Shown: positions 9,816 to 19,648 of the stretch, piece by piece
How positions within the stretch are numbered: the first letter of the stretch is position 1
How the letters are laid out: each line of letters starts with the position of its first letter
NCBI GenBank assembly: GCA_905480065.1
Contig: CAJQOV010000087.1
Location: forward strand, 1 to 37,343
Source of the DNA: an uncultured Gammaproteobacteria bacterium
Lineage (GTDB): Bacteria; Pseudomonadota; Gammaproteobacteria; UBA9214
Direction: 5' to 3'
Length of the DNA: 37,343 bases
Position numbers and translations under genes: made by a program
Notes under the pieces: generated by a model
Database searches by the model: none
The model's input: the letters and a program-made list of their open reading frames with translations, nothing else
What the model was told of the DNA's origin: nothing

Positions 9816-9836
9816 TCTGGTATACAATATACCAGA
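9816..9836. promoter_or_regulatory. Putative GntR-type operator, site 1 (perfect 9-3-9 palindrome TCTGGTATAcaaTATACCAGA)
   Basis: Perfect inverted repeat 29 bp upstream of the gntR ATG. It contains the GT-N-AC type core common to GntR operators. Related copies lie at 13173-13193 and 15642-15662. Confidence 0.6.
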
Positions 9837-9943
9837 CATTCATGGTGCGCAACTCCCCTGACCTGCACGGTGACCGCCATTTGTTCGAGCATTACGGGCT
9901 GGCAACATGCCCCGGGAAATCTTCTAACCGGCTAACAAGGCGG

Positions 9944-11467
9944 TCACTCCCCGGCACTGCCGGCACGCCGCGCGGTGATTGATCTCATAGCAGCCCTGAT
10001 CACCGGCGTCAGGAACAGTAACACCGCAAACACCATGATCACTCCCGAAATCGGCCGCTCAAAGAACACCAGTACGGAGCCGTGAGACTGCAACAGCGAC
10101 TGGCGCAGGGATAACTCGGCCAGGGGTCCGAGCACGATAGCAAGCACCATTGGCGCCATCGGGTAGTCGAGCTTGCGCATGAAATAGCCGACCACGCCAA
10201 ACAGCAACATCAGCCACACATCATGCATATCCTGGGTCGGCGCATAACCTCCGACCACGCACAACACGAAAATGATCGGCGCGAGGATGGTGAACGGGAG
10301 TTTCAGTACCCAGACAAATAACGGTATGAACGCAATGTTAAGCACGATTGCGAAAAAGTTCGCTACATACAGGCTGGCAATCAGCCCCCAGACGAACTCG
10401 GTCTGGTCAACGAACAGCCTCGGTCCTGGCTCCAGTCCCCATATCACCATACCGCCCAGAAGAATCGCGGTGGTTGGCGAACCTGGTATGCCGAGCGTCA
10501 GCATGGGCAGCATGGAACCGGTGCTGGCTGCATTGTTGGCTGACTCCGGCGCAGTGACGCCATCGATATTGCCCTTTCCGAAACTACCCGGCTTGCTGGA
10601 CATGGTCTTGGCAAAACCGTAGGACATAATCGATGCCGGTGTCGCACCGGCGGCAGGGAGCAGACCGACAAAAAATCCGACAAAGGAACCCATCAGGATA
10701 GTCTTGGTACTTTTCACCAGCTCCCTGAGGGCAGCGAGAATACGCTTGACCGATACCACCGCCTGGGAGACCTGCACCCCACCCCGACTACTCTCGATGG
10801 TCCAGAGGATTTCACCAATACCGTAGATACCGATGGCAAGAACAAGAAAATTAATACCGTGGAAAAATCCCGGGATATCTCCAAAGATCAGCCGCGGCCG
10901 CCCGCTGATAATATCCAGTCCAACCGCACTCATTACCAGCCCGATACAAATCGAAAACAGGGTCTTGGGAATATCATCACCGCCGAGGCCGACAAAGGTG
11001 CCAAATGCCAGCATCATCAGCGCAAATTCCTCGGGTGAACCAAATGCGAGTGCCACCTTGGCGAGTGGCGGTGCAAACGCCGTGAACAGAATGATCGATA
11101 TCGTGCCGCCGGCAAACGAAGCCACCGCGGCCGCAACCAGCGCCTTGTCGGCCATGCCCTTCAAGGCAAGCGGCCGGCCGTCGAAGGTCGTGGCGACCGC
11201 GGTCGAGGCGCCGGGTATGCCCAGCATGATGGAACTGATCGCGCCCCCGTACATGGCCCCGTAATAAATCGCCGCCAGAAAAATTATCGCCGAGGTAGGT
11301 GGCACGATAAACGTTACCGGTAACAGGATCGCCACACCATTGACAGACCCCAGTCCCGGCATGGCACCGATGAAAAGCCCTACCGCGCACCCAGCAATTA
11401 CCAGGAACAGGTTCATCGGCTGCAGTGCCACCAGAAAACCGTCAAGTAGATGCTGGATTATTTCCAT
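9944..11467 (-). CDS. tctA: Tripartite tricarboxylate transporter large permease TctA
   Basis: 507-aa polytopic membrane ORF with TctA-like blocks (GAMPGLGSVNGVAILLPVTF, GGAISSIMLGIPG, LLPAAGATPASIMSY). It follows tctC-tctB in the same orientation. Confidence 0.85.
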   Translation of the reverse strand: MEIIQHLLDGFLVALQPMNLFLVIAGCAVGLFIGAMPGLGSVNGVAILLPVTFIVPPTSAIIFLAAIYYGAMYGGAISSIMLGIPGASTAVATTFDGRPLALKGMADKALVAAAVASFAGGTISIILFTAFAPPLAKVALAFGSPEEFALMMLAFGTFVGLGGDDIPKTLFSICIGLVMSAVGLDIISGRPRLIFGDIPGFFHGINFLVLAIGIYGIGEILWTIESSRGGVQVSQAVVSVKRILAALRELVKSTKTILMGSFVGFFVGLLPAAGATPASIMSYGFAKTMSSKPGSFGKGNIDGVTAPESANNAASTGSMLPMLTLGIPGSPTTAILLGGMVIWGLEPGPRLFVDQTEFVWGLIASLYVANFFAIVLNIAFIPLFVWVLKLPFTILAPIIFVLCVVGGYAPTQDMHDVWLMLLFGVVGYFMRKLDYPMAPMVLAIVLGPLAELSLRQSLLQSHGSVLVFFERPISGVIMVFAVLLFLTPVIRAAMRSITARRAGSAGE

Positions 11468-11544
11468 GTCATGAACCTCAACAAAAATCTGCGTTTCTGA
11501 GTGCGAGCCTGCTTATTCTGCCAATAACACCCGCAGATACGCTG

Positions 11545-12042
11545 TTACATAAAAAAGTCGAACAGCGGGTAAAACAGCTCCTCGGTAGCGCCCTTTGGTA
11601 ACGTAATATGCAAGAGAATCTCAAAGAAAAGAAATGTAACGACCGGGGTTGAGAGTGCCAGCGTCAGGGTACTGGTCCACGAGTGCCGACCCAGGAAGCG
11701 CATGTAGAAGATAAAAAAGAGCGGCACCGCACCATACACCCCGATAAAGTGAATGGACCCGACCATCGCCACCAGGGCCGCGATGACCATAAAGACCAGA
11801 GCAAGCGCATGACTCTCCAGAAAGGGATGCGAGGACCGGGACTGCGGTGTAGCTCGCATGAACCAGCGGACAATTATCCACAGCGAACAAATGAGCATCC
11901 CAAGTGACAACCAGAACGGGAAGGCCCCGCCGCCGGGACCGCTGCCCTTGACCCAGCCGATGGGGAGCTCGGCACTCTTCGACATCAGGTAAGCGGAGAA
12001 AATCGCCATTACAATGGCCATTATCAGTTCAGCACGCCGCAT
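11545..12042 (-). CDS. tctB: Tripartite tricarboxylate transporter small permease TctB
   Basis: 165-aa, 4-TM hydrophobic ORF located between tctC and tctA. Size and position are typical for TctB. Confidence 0.75.
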   Translation of the reverse strand: MRRAELIMAIVMAIFSAYLMSKSAELPIGWVKGSGPGGGAFPFWLSLGMLICSLWIIVRWFMRATPQSRSSHPFLESHALALVFMVIAALVAMVGSIHFIGVYGAVPLFFIFYMRFLGRHSWTSTLTLALSTPVVTFLFFEILLHITLPKGATEELFYPLFDFFM

Positions 12043-12096
12043 GACGACTCTCCCCGCCCCTGAGTGAATTTCGTTATCTAAAACCGCAGCTAACGG

Positions 12097-13080
12097 TTAT
12101 TGCTTGATCTCTCCGATCTCCGTCAGTAGTTTTTTGTGATTCGCCAATGCATCGGTCCAGTAGGCATGCAAATCGTCACCACTGATAAAATCACCAAGCA
12201 GGCTCTTCGTCTTTTTATAACCCTGCCACTCTTCCGAGTTGTATACCTTGGTGAATACATCGCGGTAGTAGGCTACTGCATCGTCACTCATGCCCGGCGG
12301 ACCGACAACACTACGCTGCATGTAATAGGCATTCGGATGCCCGAGTTCAGCCATTGTAGGTACGTCCGGAAACATATCCAGCCGCTTCGCGGTAAACGCG
12401 GCGATAGGCACAACGTCCCCGTTCTGATAAAACCCCAGCGCCTCCGAGGGGTTGTTGACAGTCGAGTCGGCGTGCTTGCCGGCCAGCTGTTTTGCAACAT
12501 CACCGCCGCCCTTGAAGGGTATGTAGCGAATACTCAGGCCATAGGTCGCATTCAGAAAGCTGGTCAGCAACTCGTCTTCCTGAGCCTTGCCCGTGCCGGC
12601 CATGACCCAGTCATTACCCTTGGCCTTGGCTGCTGCCACGAATTCCTCCATATTTTTGATGCCGCTGTCCTTGTGTACCCATAACAGGAATGTATCCTCT
12701 GCCATTCGCGCAATAGGTGTGAATTTCAGCGGATCAATGTTAAGTGCTGGTTGACGCAGCGGGGTTGTATAGAAGCTGTTCAGCGTGACCATGACAGTAT
12801 GGTCGTCGCCGCTCTTGCCATTGAGATACACCAACGCCTCGGCACCGGAGCCGCCCGACTTGTTGACCGGAATAAGTGGCTTCGATGAGAAGTTGTGCTT
12901 CTCAATAACGGTTTGCATCAGGCGGGCCATTTTATCCGCTCCGCCTCCAGGGCCGGCCATGATGACGAATTCGACCGGTTTCTTCGGTTGCCAATCAGCT
13001 GCCACGACATTCGTTGCAAAGGCAACGGCCGCAGCAAATAGTACGAAACACAATTTTTCAGCCTTATGCGTTATTTTCAT
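12097..13080 (-). CDS. tctC: Tripartite tricarboxylate transporter periplasmic substrate-binding protein (TctC/Bug family)
   Basis: 327-aa ORF with a signal peptide (LCFVLFAAAVAFATNVVAA) and the TctC-type block FVIMAGPGGGADKMARL. Confidence 0.85.
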   Translation of the reverse strand: MKITHKAEKLCFVLFAAAVAFATNVVAADWQPKKPVEFVIMAGPGGGADKMARLMQTVIEKHNFSSKPLIPVNKSGGSGAEALVYLNGKSGDDHTVMVTLNSFYTTPLRQPALNIDPLKFTPIARMAEDTFLLWVHKDSGIKNMEEFVAAAKAKGNDWVMAGTGKAQEDELLTSFLNATYGLSIRYIPFKGGGDVAKQLAGKHADSTVNNPSEALGFYQNGDVVPIAAFTAKRLDMFPDVPTMAELGHPNAYYMQRSVVGPPGMSDDAVAYYRDVFTKVYNSEEWQGYKKTKSLLGDFISGDDLHAYWTDALANHKKLLTEIGEIKQ

Positions 13081-13172
13081 TTCTCCATCCTCCGTTTAAT
13101 TAACAGGAAGCCAGCCATGACCGATTCCTGTACGAACAGACATACATCAAACCACCGTGTTGTTTATCGATA

Positions 13173-13193
13173 TTTGGTATGTTGTATACCGCT
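13173..13193. promoter_or_regulatory. Putative GntR-type operator, site 2 (TTTGGTATGTTGTATACCGCT)
   Basis: Matches the reverse complement of site 1 at 16 of 21 positions. It lies 93 bp upstream of the tctC start in an AT-rich intergenic region. Confidence 0.5.
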
Positions 13194-13312
13194 CACCATT
13201 ATTGGCAGTAACACATATAAATTATATTGATGAAAATAGCCAGAATCTGCACTCGCAATCCACGACATAATCAGGCACGACCTGCCAAATTTCTATGTGA
13301 AATAGAGACTTG

Positions 13313-14188
13313 TTAGCCGCCCAGCGCACTGGCCATCGTCACACCAATGGTGCCCGGAGATTCGGCAATATGTACGCCCGCATGGCGTAAAGCCTCAATC
13401 TTGGCCTCGGCGTGCCCGGTACTGTGTTCGATAATCGCACCGGCGTGACCCATTCGGCGCCCCGCAGGCGCGTGGCGACCGGCAACGTAGGCAACCACCG
13501 GTTTGTTGCTTTTATGCTGGCTCAGGTAGTCCGCCGCCTGCTCTTCTGCTGTGCCTCCAATCTCGCCGATCAATACAATACCTTCAGTCTCGCCATCCGC
13601 CATAAACAACTCCAGGCAATCGCAGAATGTCATCCCCTGAATCGGGTCTGCACCAATACCTATACAGGTTGACTGACCGAGTTTATTTCCGGTTGTCTGT
13701 GCCACTGCTTCATAGGTGAGCGTCCCCGCGCGTGAAATAATACCGATCTTGCCGCGACGGAAAATAGTCCTGGGCATGATGCCGATCATGCACTCACCGG
13801 GTGTGACAATCCCCGGACAATTCGGGCCGACAAGCCGCGAACGGGAAGTCTCCAGGACACGTTTGACACGGACCATATCCAGGACCGGAATGCGCTCCGT
13901 GATACATACGATCAGGGGCAGGCCGGCATCTATCGCCTCTTGAATTGCCTCCGCGGCAGTTGCGGGCGGTACGAATATCATGCTTGCAACCGCACCGGTC
14001 GCGCGTACCGCCTCTTCGACGCTATCGAAAACCGGCAACCCCAGGTGCCGGCTACCACCCTTGCCAGGCCGTACGCCGCCGACCAGCCGGGTACCATCGG
14101 CGATAGCCTGTTCCGCATAGAAGGTCCCCTGCCGGCCGGTGATGCCCTGACAGATAACCCTGGTTCCTGCGTCGACCAATACCGCCAT
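13313..14188 (-). CDS. ADP-forming acid-CoA ligase alpha subunit (SucD / malate thiokinase MtkB-like)
   Basis: Collinear with SucD: [46 protein letters not shown], and the phosphohistidine block [14 protein letters not shown] at 14188 has a GAGGAG SD. The longer track ORF (to 14293) would overlap the upstream gene. Confidence 0.85.
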   Translation of the reverse strand: MAVLVDAGTRVICQGITGRQGTFYAEQAIADGTRLVGGVRPGKGGSRHLGLPVFDSVEEAVRATGAVASMIFVPPATAAEAIQEAIDAGLPLIVCITERIPVLDMVRVKRVLETSRSRLVGPNCPGIVTPGECMIGIMPRTIFRRGKIGIISRAGTLTYEAVAQTTGNKLGQSTCIGIGADPIQGMTFCDCLELFMADGETEGIVLIGEIGGTAEEQAADYLSQHKSNKPVVAYVAGRHAPAGRRMGHAGAIIEHSTGHAEAKIEALRHAGVHIAESPGTIGVTMASALGG

Positions 14189-14226
14189 GCCCGTCTCCTC
14201 TTTGCACTTGCGGGCCAAGCCCGGAA

Positions 14227-15507
14227 CTAGCCCGCAGTGCGACCAATGGTTTCGTCTTTCCGTGTTAACAAGCCCTGAACCCGTTGCCACCACTTTTGCT
14301 GCCCGCTCAGCCTGGCTTCAGACGCCGCCTTGACGACCAGCTCTGCAGCATCGGCGAAATCCTCTGCAAACGTAATCGCCAACCCGGAATCCCTGAGCCT
14401 GTCTCTGGCAAAATCGGCATTCATGCCGGCCAGTCGCACAATCAGCGGTACACGAACAGGGAATTCCCTGGCCGCCAGTATTATGCCGTCAGCAATCGTG
14501 TCGCAGCGCATGATGCCGCCGCCAAAGACGTTAACCAGAATTGCCTCGACACCCGGATCAGACAGAATCAGTCCGAATGCGTACTTTACGCGTTCGAACT
14601 CCACGGCTGGCGGCATATCGAGAAAGTTTGCCGGCTCTCCACCATAAAACTTGACCGCGTCGAGTGTGGCCATTGCAAGTCCGGCACCACTGGCGAGACA
14701 ACCGATGTTGCCATCGAGCTTTACATAATTAAGGCCATGTTGTGTGGCATCCAGTTCGCCCCATTGCAGTTCGCCATCATCGCGCAGCGCTCGTATATCT
14801 TCATGACGAAACAGTGCGTTGTCGTCAAATGTCACGGTCGCGTCCAGCGCTATCAATGTACCGGCAGCAGTTATCGCCAGGGGATTAATCTCGATCAGCG
14901 ATGCATCCAGGCCCATGAACATGGCATACATCGCCAACATGACCCGTACTGCCTCATCCGTCTGCTCATCCGTTAGCTCAAGTGCAGCAGCAACTTCCCG
15001 CGCGGCATCCTGCTGCAAGCCCTCGAAAGGGTCGATGCCAATTTTCAGTACCGATTCGGGAGAACGTGATGCTATCGATTCGATATTCACACCGCCCTCA
15101 CCGAGGACAATCAGCGTCACCCGGCTTGTCCTGCGATCCACCATCATGCCGAGATAAAGTTCACGCTGCACTTCGCATACCTGTTCGATATACAGCCGGT
15201 TCACCGGTCTACCGTCCGGGCCCGTCTGATCTGTAACCAGTACGTGCCCGAGCATTTCCCGCGCCGTATCCCGCACGGCTGCAAGCGAGTCAACGAAGCG
15301 GATACCGCCCTGCGCATTCTGATTGCTCACGAAATGACCGGCTCGTCGTCCACCGGCATGTATCTGTGCCTTGACTACCCATGCGGATCCGCCAAGTTCC
15401 CGGGCAACGCTGGCGGCCTCGTCCGGAGTTGACGCGACAGCGCCCCGCGGAATGCGAATAGCGTTTTTGTCCAGCAGTTGCTTGGCTTGATATTCGTAGA
15501 TTTTCAT
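14227..15507 (-). CDS. ADP-forming acid-CoA ligase beta subunit (SucC / malate thiokinase MtkA-like), divergent, with a ~35-aa C-terminal extension
   Basis: ATP-grasp N-terminus [12 protein letters not shown], then [66 protein letters not shown]. Several blocks resemble methylotroph MtkA as I recall it more than E. coli SucC. The usual DVGGGA block reads DMPPAV. Confidence 0.8.
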   Translation of the reverse strand: MKIYEYQAKQLLDKNAIRIPRGAVASTPDEAASVARELGGSAWVVKAQIHAGGRRAGHFVSNQNAQGGIRFVDSLAAVRDTAREMLGHVLVTDQTGPDGRPVNRLYIEQVCEVQRELYLGMMVDRRTSRVTLIVLGEGGVNIESIASRSPESVLKIGIDPFEGLQQDAAREVAAALELTDEQTDEAVRVMLAMYAMFMGLDASLIEINPLAITAAGTLIALDATVTFDDNALFRHEDIRALRDDGELQWGELDATQHGLNYVKLDGNIGCLASGAGLAMATLDAVKFYGGEPANFLDMPPAVEFERVKYAFGLILSDPGVEAILVNVFGGGIMRCDTIADGIILAAREFPVRVPLIVRLAGMNADFARDRLRDSGLAITFAEDFADAAELVVKAASEARLSGQQKWWQRVQGLLTRKDETIGRTAG

Positions 15508-15641
15508 CTCAGGCCACTTCTGTTATCTCCACGTGCGCGGCGCAAAACTTGAAATCAGGTATCTTGCCTAACGAATCGAGCAACGCTTTGGCCTGATACT
15601 CGTGAATGTTCTTTGTCTTGTTATTATCTTTATCTGAGATA

Positions 15642-15662
15642 TTTGTTATACAGTATTCCAGA
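15642..15662. promoter_or_regulatory. Putative GntR-type operator, site 3 (TTTGTTATACAGTATTCCAGA)
   Basis: Matches site 1 at 17 of 21 positions. It lies in the 220-bp divergent intergenic region, 135 bp from the ligase beta-subunit ATG and 66 bp from the hydrolase GTG. Confidence 0.5.
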
Positions 15663-15727
15663 TAATTGGGGCATGCAAGCATCATGCGGATGGCCCTGAA
15701 TCCGGCGAATCGTCAGAGGAATACACG

Positions 15728-16546
15728 GTGCCCTGCAGCAAAACTACTGGATTACGGATTTACTATGAACGACAAGGCATTGGCTGCCCGGTGCTTTTAA
15801 TCGGGGGTGTAGGGGGTGATCTGCGTTGCAAACCTGGCTTGCTGGAGAGTGAATTGGCGAACAGGTTCGACCTGCTGACCTTTGACCAAAGAGGCACCGG
15901 GCAAACCGACAAGCCTGATTCACCATACACGATGATGCAATACGCGCGTGATGCGGCGGAATTAATGGATGCCGTTGGCTGGAACAGCAGTCATGTTATA
16001 GGGGTATCATTTGGCGGAATGGTTGCGCAGGAACTGGCGCTGCAATTCCCCCGCTACGTGCGCAGCCTGGTGCTCGCCTGTACCGCCCCGGGTGGCGCGG
16101 GAGGGTCTTCATATCCATTGCATGAACTGTCTGACCTGGCGCCCGCTGAACGGTCGCGGAAAATGCTGGCGATTGCGGATGTCCGAAGAAACGAGGCGTG
16201 GCAAGCCGCTCATCCGCAGGAGACCGAGCAACTCCTGCAACAGGCGGCCGCCGCTGCCTCGCCGTTTTTAAAAGAACCCGGGGGCATCATGGGCATTACC
16301 CGCCAGATAGAGGCGCGCAGTCACCACGATAGCTACGCGCGTCTGCCACGGATCCAGGTACCTGTGCTGGTTTGCGGAGGACGGTACGATGGACAGGCTG
16401 CTCCGGAGGTGGTCGAAAACCTGCACCGCCAGATTCCAGGCGCGGAAATTCGTTTCTTCGAGGGCGGTCATCAATTCCTGAACGAGGACCCGGAGGCCAG
16501 CGAGGCGGTTGCGGAATTCCTGCAGCAGCAATGCCAAACAGGGTAA
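15728..16546 (+). CDS. Alpha/beta-fold hydrolase
   Basis: 272-aa ORF (GTG start, AGAGGA SD) with the nucleophile elbow GVSFGGMVAQ and a late GGHQF His-containing motif. Confidence 0.75.
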   Translation: MPCSKTTGLRIYYERQGIGCPVLLIGGVGGDLRCKPGLLESELANRFDLLTFDQRGTGQTDKPDSPYTMMQYARDAAELMDAVGWNSSHVIGVSFGGMVAQELALQFPRYVRSLVLACTAPGGAGGSSYPLHELSDLAPAERSRKMLAIADVRRNEAWQAAHPQETEQLLQQAAAAASPFLKEPGGIMGITRQIEARSHHDSYARLPRIQVPVLVCGGRYDGQAAPEVVENLHRQIPGAEIRFFEGGHQFLNEDPEASEAVAEFLQQQCQTG

Positions 16547-16727
16547 TAAGCACGCGCAATCCCGTCTACACAGCAGGTGCTGCAAGCACGGCTTATTGAA
16601 GCGAGTGTCCGACGCAAGCCAGCACGGCAATGCTATCTGACGAAAACCATTGACTGTCTGCGCAGCGAAGTAAACTGATACATCCGGGCAACGGCGTTTT
16701 CAGTTCACGGCTGCATGGTCAGGGCAA

Positions 16728-17954
16728 CTAGCCAGCTTTATAGTACTCCGCCAGGCCGTTCATCACTGCATGCTTGTCGAATTCCGCTCCCATCTTCAGC
16801 ATGGCATCGGCGAACCGTCCCACGATTTCGGTGATCGCCTCAACCGATAGCTGGTTGAGAATGCCAATGCGTATCTGAACCGGTTCCGACAGGGTTGGCC
16901 AGATACAGAAATTCTCCGCCCGGCAGCCGGCCACCAGGTCTTTTTCGCGTCCCGCCAGTTTGCCAGGCAGGTTCAGCACGATCAGGCTGGGCATGTCCGA
17001 GGTCACGTCACAACCCATCGCCGCGACCACCTGTTTCAACGCCGCTTCATGATAGAGATAATCTTTTGCCTTTTGCGCACGCCCGTAGCCCAGCAGAATA
17101 CGCAGCGCTTCATGGAATGCTGCGACGGCATAGCCGGAATGGGTGCGATGGTAGGTTCCCGCCGCAACATCCTCGTCGTTGATGATGCCCCAGTGCCGCG
17201 CTTCAAGGATCGGGTGATGCACGAAGGTGTAGCAGCCGCGCTGCTTCAGCACGGCAATCGCCTTGTCGGAGAAACTGACCGGCGCGTAGGTCAGTGGCAG
17301 GCTCAACACGCCCTTCTGCGGACAGGAAGCCCAGGCCACGACGCCCGGATAGTCGTCGATATCGAAATCACCGACACCCAGGCTCGACACTGCATCGATC
17401 AACCCCATCACGGCGTGTTTCTGGCAAGCGACGTTGAACCCCTCGATGTCATTGACCCTGCCGCTGCCGGTCTCCCAGTGCGTCATGAACGCCCACATCG
17501 GCTTGTGCTCGGCCAGCGCCCGCTCGATGATATCGCCGGTGACGGACTGGCCGTGCGGAACATTGATCACGATGACGTTGGCCGGCTGCGGGTTCAATGA
17601 ATCGGCGGCGAGGTCTTCCAGCGACGACGCCTTCATGCGGAGACACAGGCTGTCGATACTGCTGAACGTGCCATTGACGAACACAACCACCTTGTCACCG
17701 GGCAGTACCAGGCTCTGGATGCTGTCGAGGCCGCTCCAGCCGGTGCCGCCGACACCGAAGGTATACAGATTCTTGGTACCCCAGAGTTCGCGCAGCATCA
17801 GCTTCGCCTCGACCATGCCGCGCAGCACGTCTTTCTGCATATGGTCCGCAACACCCGTTTTACAAAATCGCTCCAGTACGCGCGGGTCTGTTTTGCCAGG
17901 ACCGGGACCGGCTGCCAACGTCTCTGGAATCTCTAGGGCGGGGAAAATTTTCAC
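16728..17954 (-). CDS. Class-V PLP aminotransferase (serine-glyoxylate / alanine-glyoxylate aminotransferase family), divergent
   Basis: 408-aa ORF. It has an N-terminal AGPGPG..PRVL block and the conserved S/C-x-QK lysine context (SCPQKGVLSLP), and the length fits the AGXT family. Confidence 0.65.
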   Translation of the reverse strand: MKIFPALEIPETLAAGPGPGKTDPRVLERFCKTGVADHMQKDVLRGMVEAKLMLRELWGTKNLYTFGVGGTGWSGLDSIQSLVLPGDKVVVFVNGTFSSIDSLCLRMKASSLEDLAADSLNPQPANVIVINVPHGQSVTGDIIERALAEHKPMWAFMTHWETGSGRVNDIEGFNVACQKHAVMGLIDAVSSLGVGDFDIDDYPGVVAWASCPQKGVLSLPLTYAPVSFSDKAIAVLKQRGCYTFVHHPILEARHWGIINDEDVAAGTYHRTHSGYAVAAFHEALRILLGYGRAQKAKDYLYHEAALKQVVAAMGCDVTSDMPSLIVLNLPGKLAGREKDLVAGCRAENFCIWPTLSEPVQIRIGILNQLSVEAITEIVGRFADAMLKMGAEFDKHAVMNGLAEYYKAG

Positions 17955-18106
17955 AATGCCTCCTGGGTCTTGACCTGATGCTACGTTGTTATGGCTTCCA
18001 ACAAAAGCCTGGCGGGGTTGCGGCAGTATACAAAACGGGGCTTTTATTCACGCCCACAGCACCCGGATTCCGTTAAGCAGGCACTCAACCAGATGGTGAA
18101 CCAGGC

Positions 18107-19078
18107 TTAAACCAGTTTGTCACGCGGTGTCTTACCCGAAAAAAAGGCATCGATGTTCTCGACGACCCGCATTCCCATAGCGACGCGGGTTTCAATCGTC
18201 GCACTGCCGAGGTGCGGCAGCGTGACGACATTTTCCATCCCGAGCAACGGCTCGGAAATGGTTGGCTCGGACTCATAAACATCAAGCCCTGCACCGGCGA
18301 TTTGGCCACTTTGCAAGGCCGCCACCATCGCCTGCTCGTCAACAATGTCGCCGCGCGCGGTATTGATCAGGAATGCACCGGGTTTCATCGCGGCAAAGGC
18401 GTCCGCGCCGATCAGGTGATAGGTCTCCTTGCCGCCCGGGCAGTGCAGGGAAACAAAATCCGCTTGTTCAAAAACCTCTTTCGGAGAACTGCACTGGCGC
18501 GCATTCAACCCGGCAATGTCTTCCGCTCGCGGCGGAAACGGGTCGTGGAATATGATTTTCATACCGAAGCCGTGCGCCGCCCGTGTCGCCACCGCACGTG
18601 CAATACGACCCATGCCGATCAAGCCAAGCGTCTTGTGATGCACGCTGGTCCCCATCATGTGAGTCGGGCGCCAACCGGTCCATTCCCTGTTGCGCGCATG
18701 GCGTTCGCCCTCTCCCGCCCGCCGGGCAACCATCAACATCAGGGTTATCGCGAGATCGGCTGTGCAATCGGTCAACACATCCGGCGTATTCGAAACGGTG
18801 AGACCGGCCGCCTTCGCCGCATCGAGATCGATATGATTGAACCCGACCCCGAAACTTCCGATCATGCGGGCCTTCATCGGCGTGGCGCCCAGCACCTCGG
18901 CATTGACCTTGTCGGATACCGTAGGCAACACCGCATCGGCGCTGCGAAATGCATCCTGCATCTCAGCCACCGTCATCGGCACATCGTCGACATTCAGTTG
19001 TGCATCGTATTTTTCTGTCAGGACCTTTTCGACCTCTTCAGGCCAACGGCGGGTAACGATGATTCTTGGTTTGCTCAT
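18107..19078 (-). CDS. D-isomer-specific 2-hydroxyacid dehydrogenase (hydroxypyruvate/glyoxylate reductase, glycerate dehydrogenase type)
   Basis: 323-aa ORF with the NAD-binding motif GLIGMGRIARAVATRA and the catalytic region NTARG..VDE...HLGSAT. Confidence 0.85.
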   Translation of the reverse strand: MSKPRIIVTRRWPEEVEKVLTEKYDAQLNVDDVPMTVAEMQDAFRSADAVLPTVSDKVNAEVLGATPMKARMIGSFGVGFNHIDLDAAKAAGLTVSNTPDVLTDCTADLAITLMLMVARRAGEGERHARNREWTGWRPTHMMGTSVHHKTLGLIGMGRIARAVATRAAHGFGMKIIFHDPFPPRAEDIAGLNARQCSSPKEVFEQADFVSLHCPGGKETYHLIGADAFAAMKPGAFLINTARGDIVDEQAMVAALQSGQIAGAGLDVYESEPTISEPLLGMENVVTLPHLGSATIETRVAMGMRVVENIDAFFSGKTPRDKLV

Positions 19079-19648
19079 TGAGATTCCCCCTCTTTCAATC
19101 GAGTCCGACCGGCGTTTTGCAGGATGATCCCCGACAGGCGCATCAATTCCGGCATAAATTCACTCATACGGCCTTGCTCACGGGGTCTGGACGTGTGCAT
19201 TCCGGGAGCTTGCCCAGCGCGCTTCCCGCCGACTTACCCCGTTCGCCAGCACCCGTGTGTGCGAGGACTTCATTCAGCGACAGAAAATTATATCGCATGG
19301 CTAACATTATGTGCTGTCGCATCATTTCCGGCAACTGAATCCATTTGGGACGGCCTGGATGTGACTGGCCCATATGGGGACGCCTCTGATTATTCCGGTT
19401 CTTTGAGGGTACTGTCTGTAGCTTGGCAGAATAAGCCGCTTCAAAGCGCCTGAAACCCGTGCAACGGATAATGTCAGCGGGATGCCCCGCACCCTTGGCG
19501 CAGGCGGACCTGACCATTTATCATTATTTACCAATACTTGCCTGCGGCGGGAGATGAGGCCCGTTGACGGGGCAAGATTCCCTGTCACGGCGGGAAACCA
19601 CCTTTTGCCTGATATGATAGTCAGCATGAGCACCACGAGCTTGATCCA

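Noticed and set aside
9788-9892. The N-terminal 35-aa extension of the GntR ORF as given in the track (start at 9892).
   Set aside because: The extension contains the perfect palindromic operator and shows no similarity to GntR N-termini. The ATG at 9787 gives a standard-length wHTH domain.
14189-14293. The longer start for the SucD-like alpha subunit (track ORF from 14293).
   Set aside because: It would overlap the beta-subunit gene by 67 nt and add a non-conserved 35-aa leader. The ATG at 14188 aligns with residue 1 of SucD and has a GAGGAG SD.
19164-19517. A 117-aa minus-strand ORF, with an internal 70-aa version from ATG 19374, in the intergenic region between the glycerate kinase and the hydroxyacid dehydrogenase. 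It has a vaguely HTH-like stretch (LSLNEVLAHTGAG).
   Set aside because: It has no SD, no recognisable family signature and unremarkable codon usage. A further 26-codon ORF overlaps the dehydrogenase start. Overall the evidence is insufficient to call a gene. The region is more likely divergent promoter DNA.
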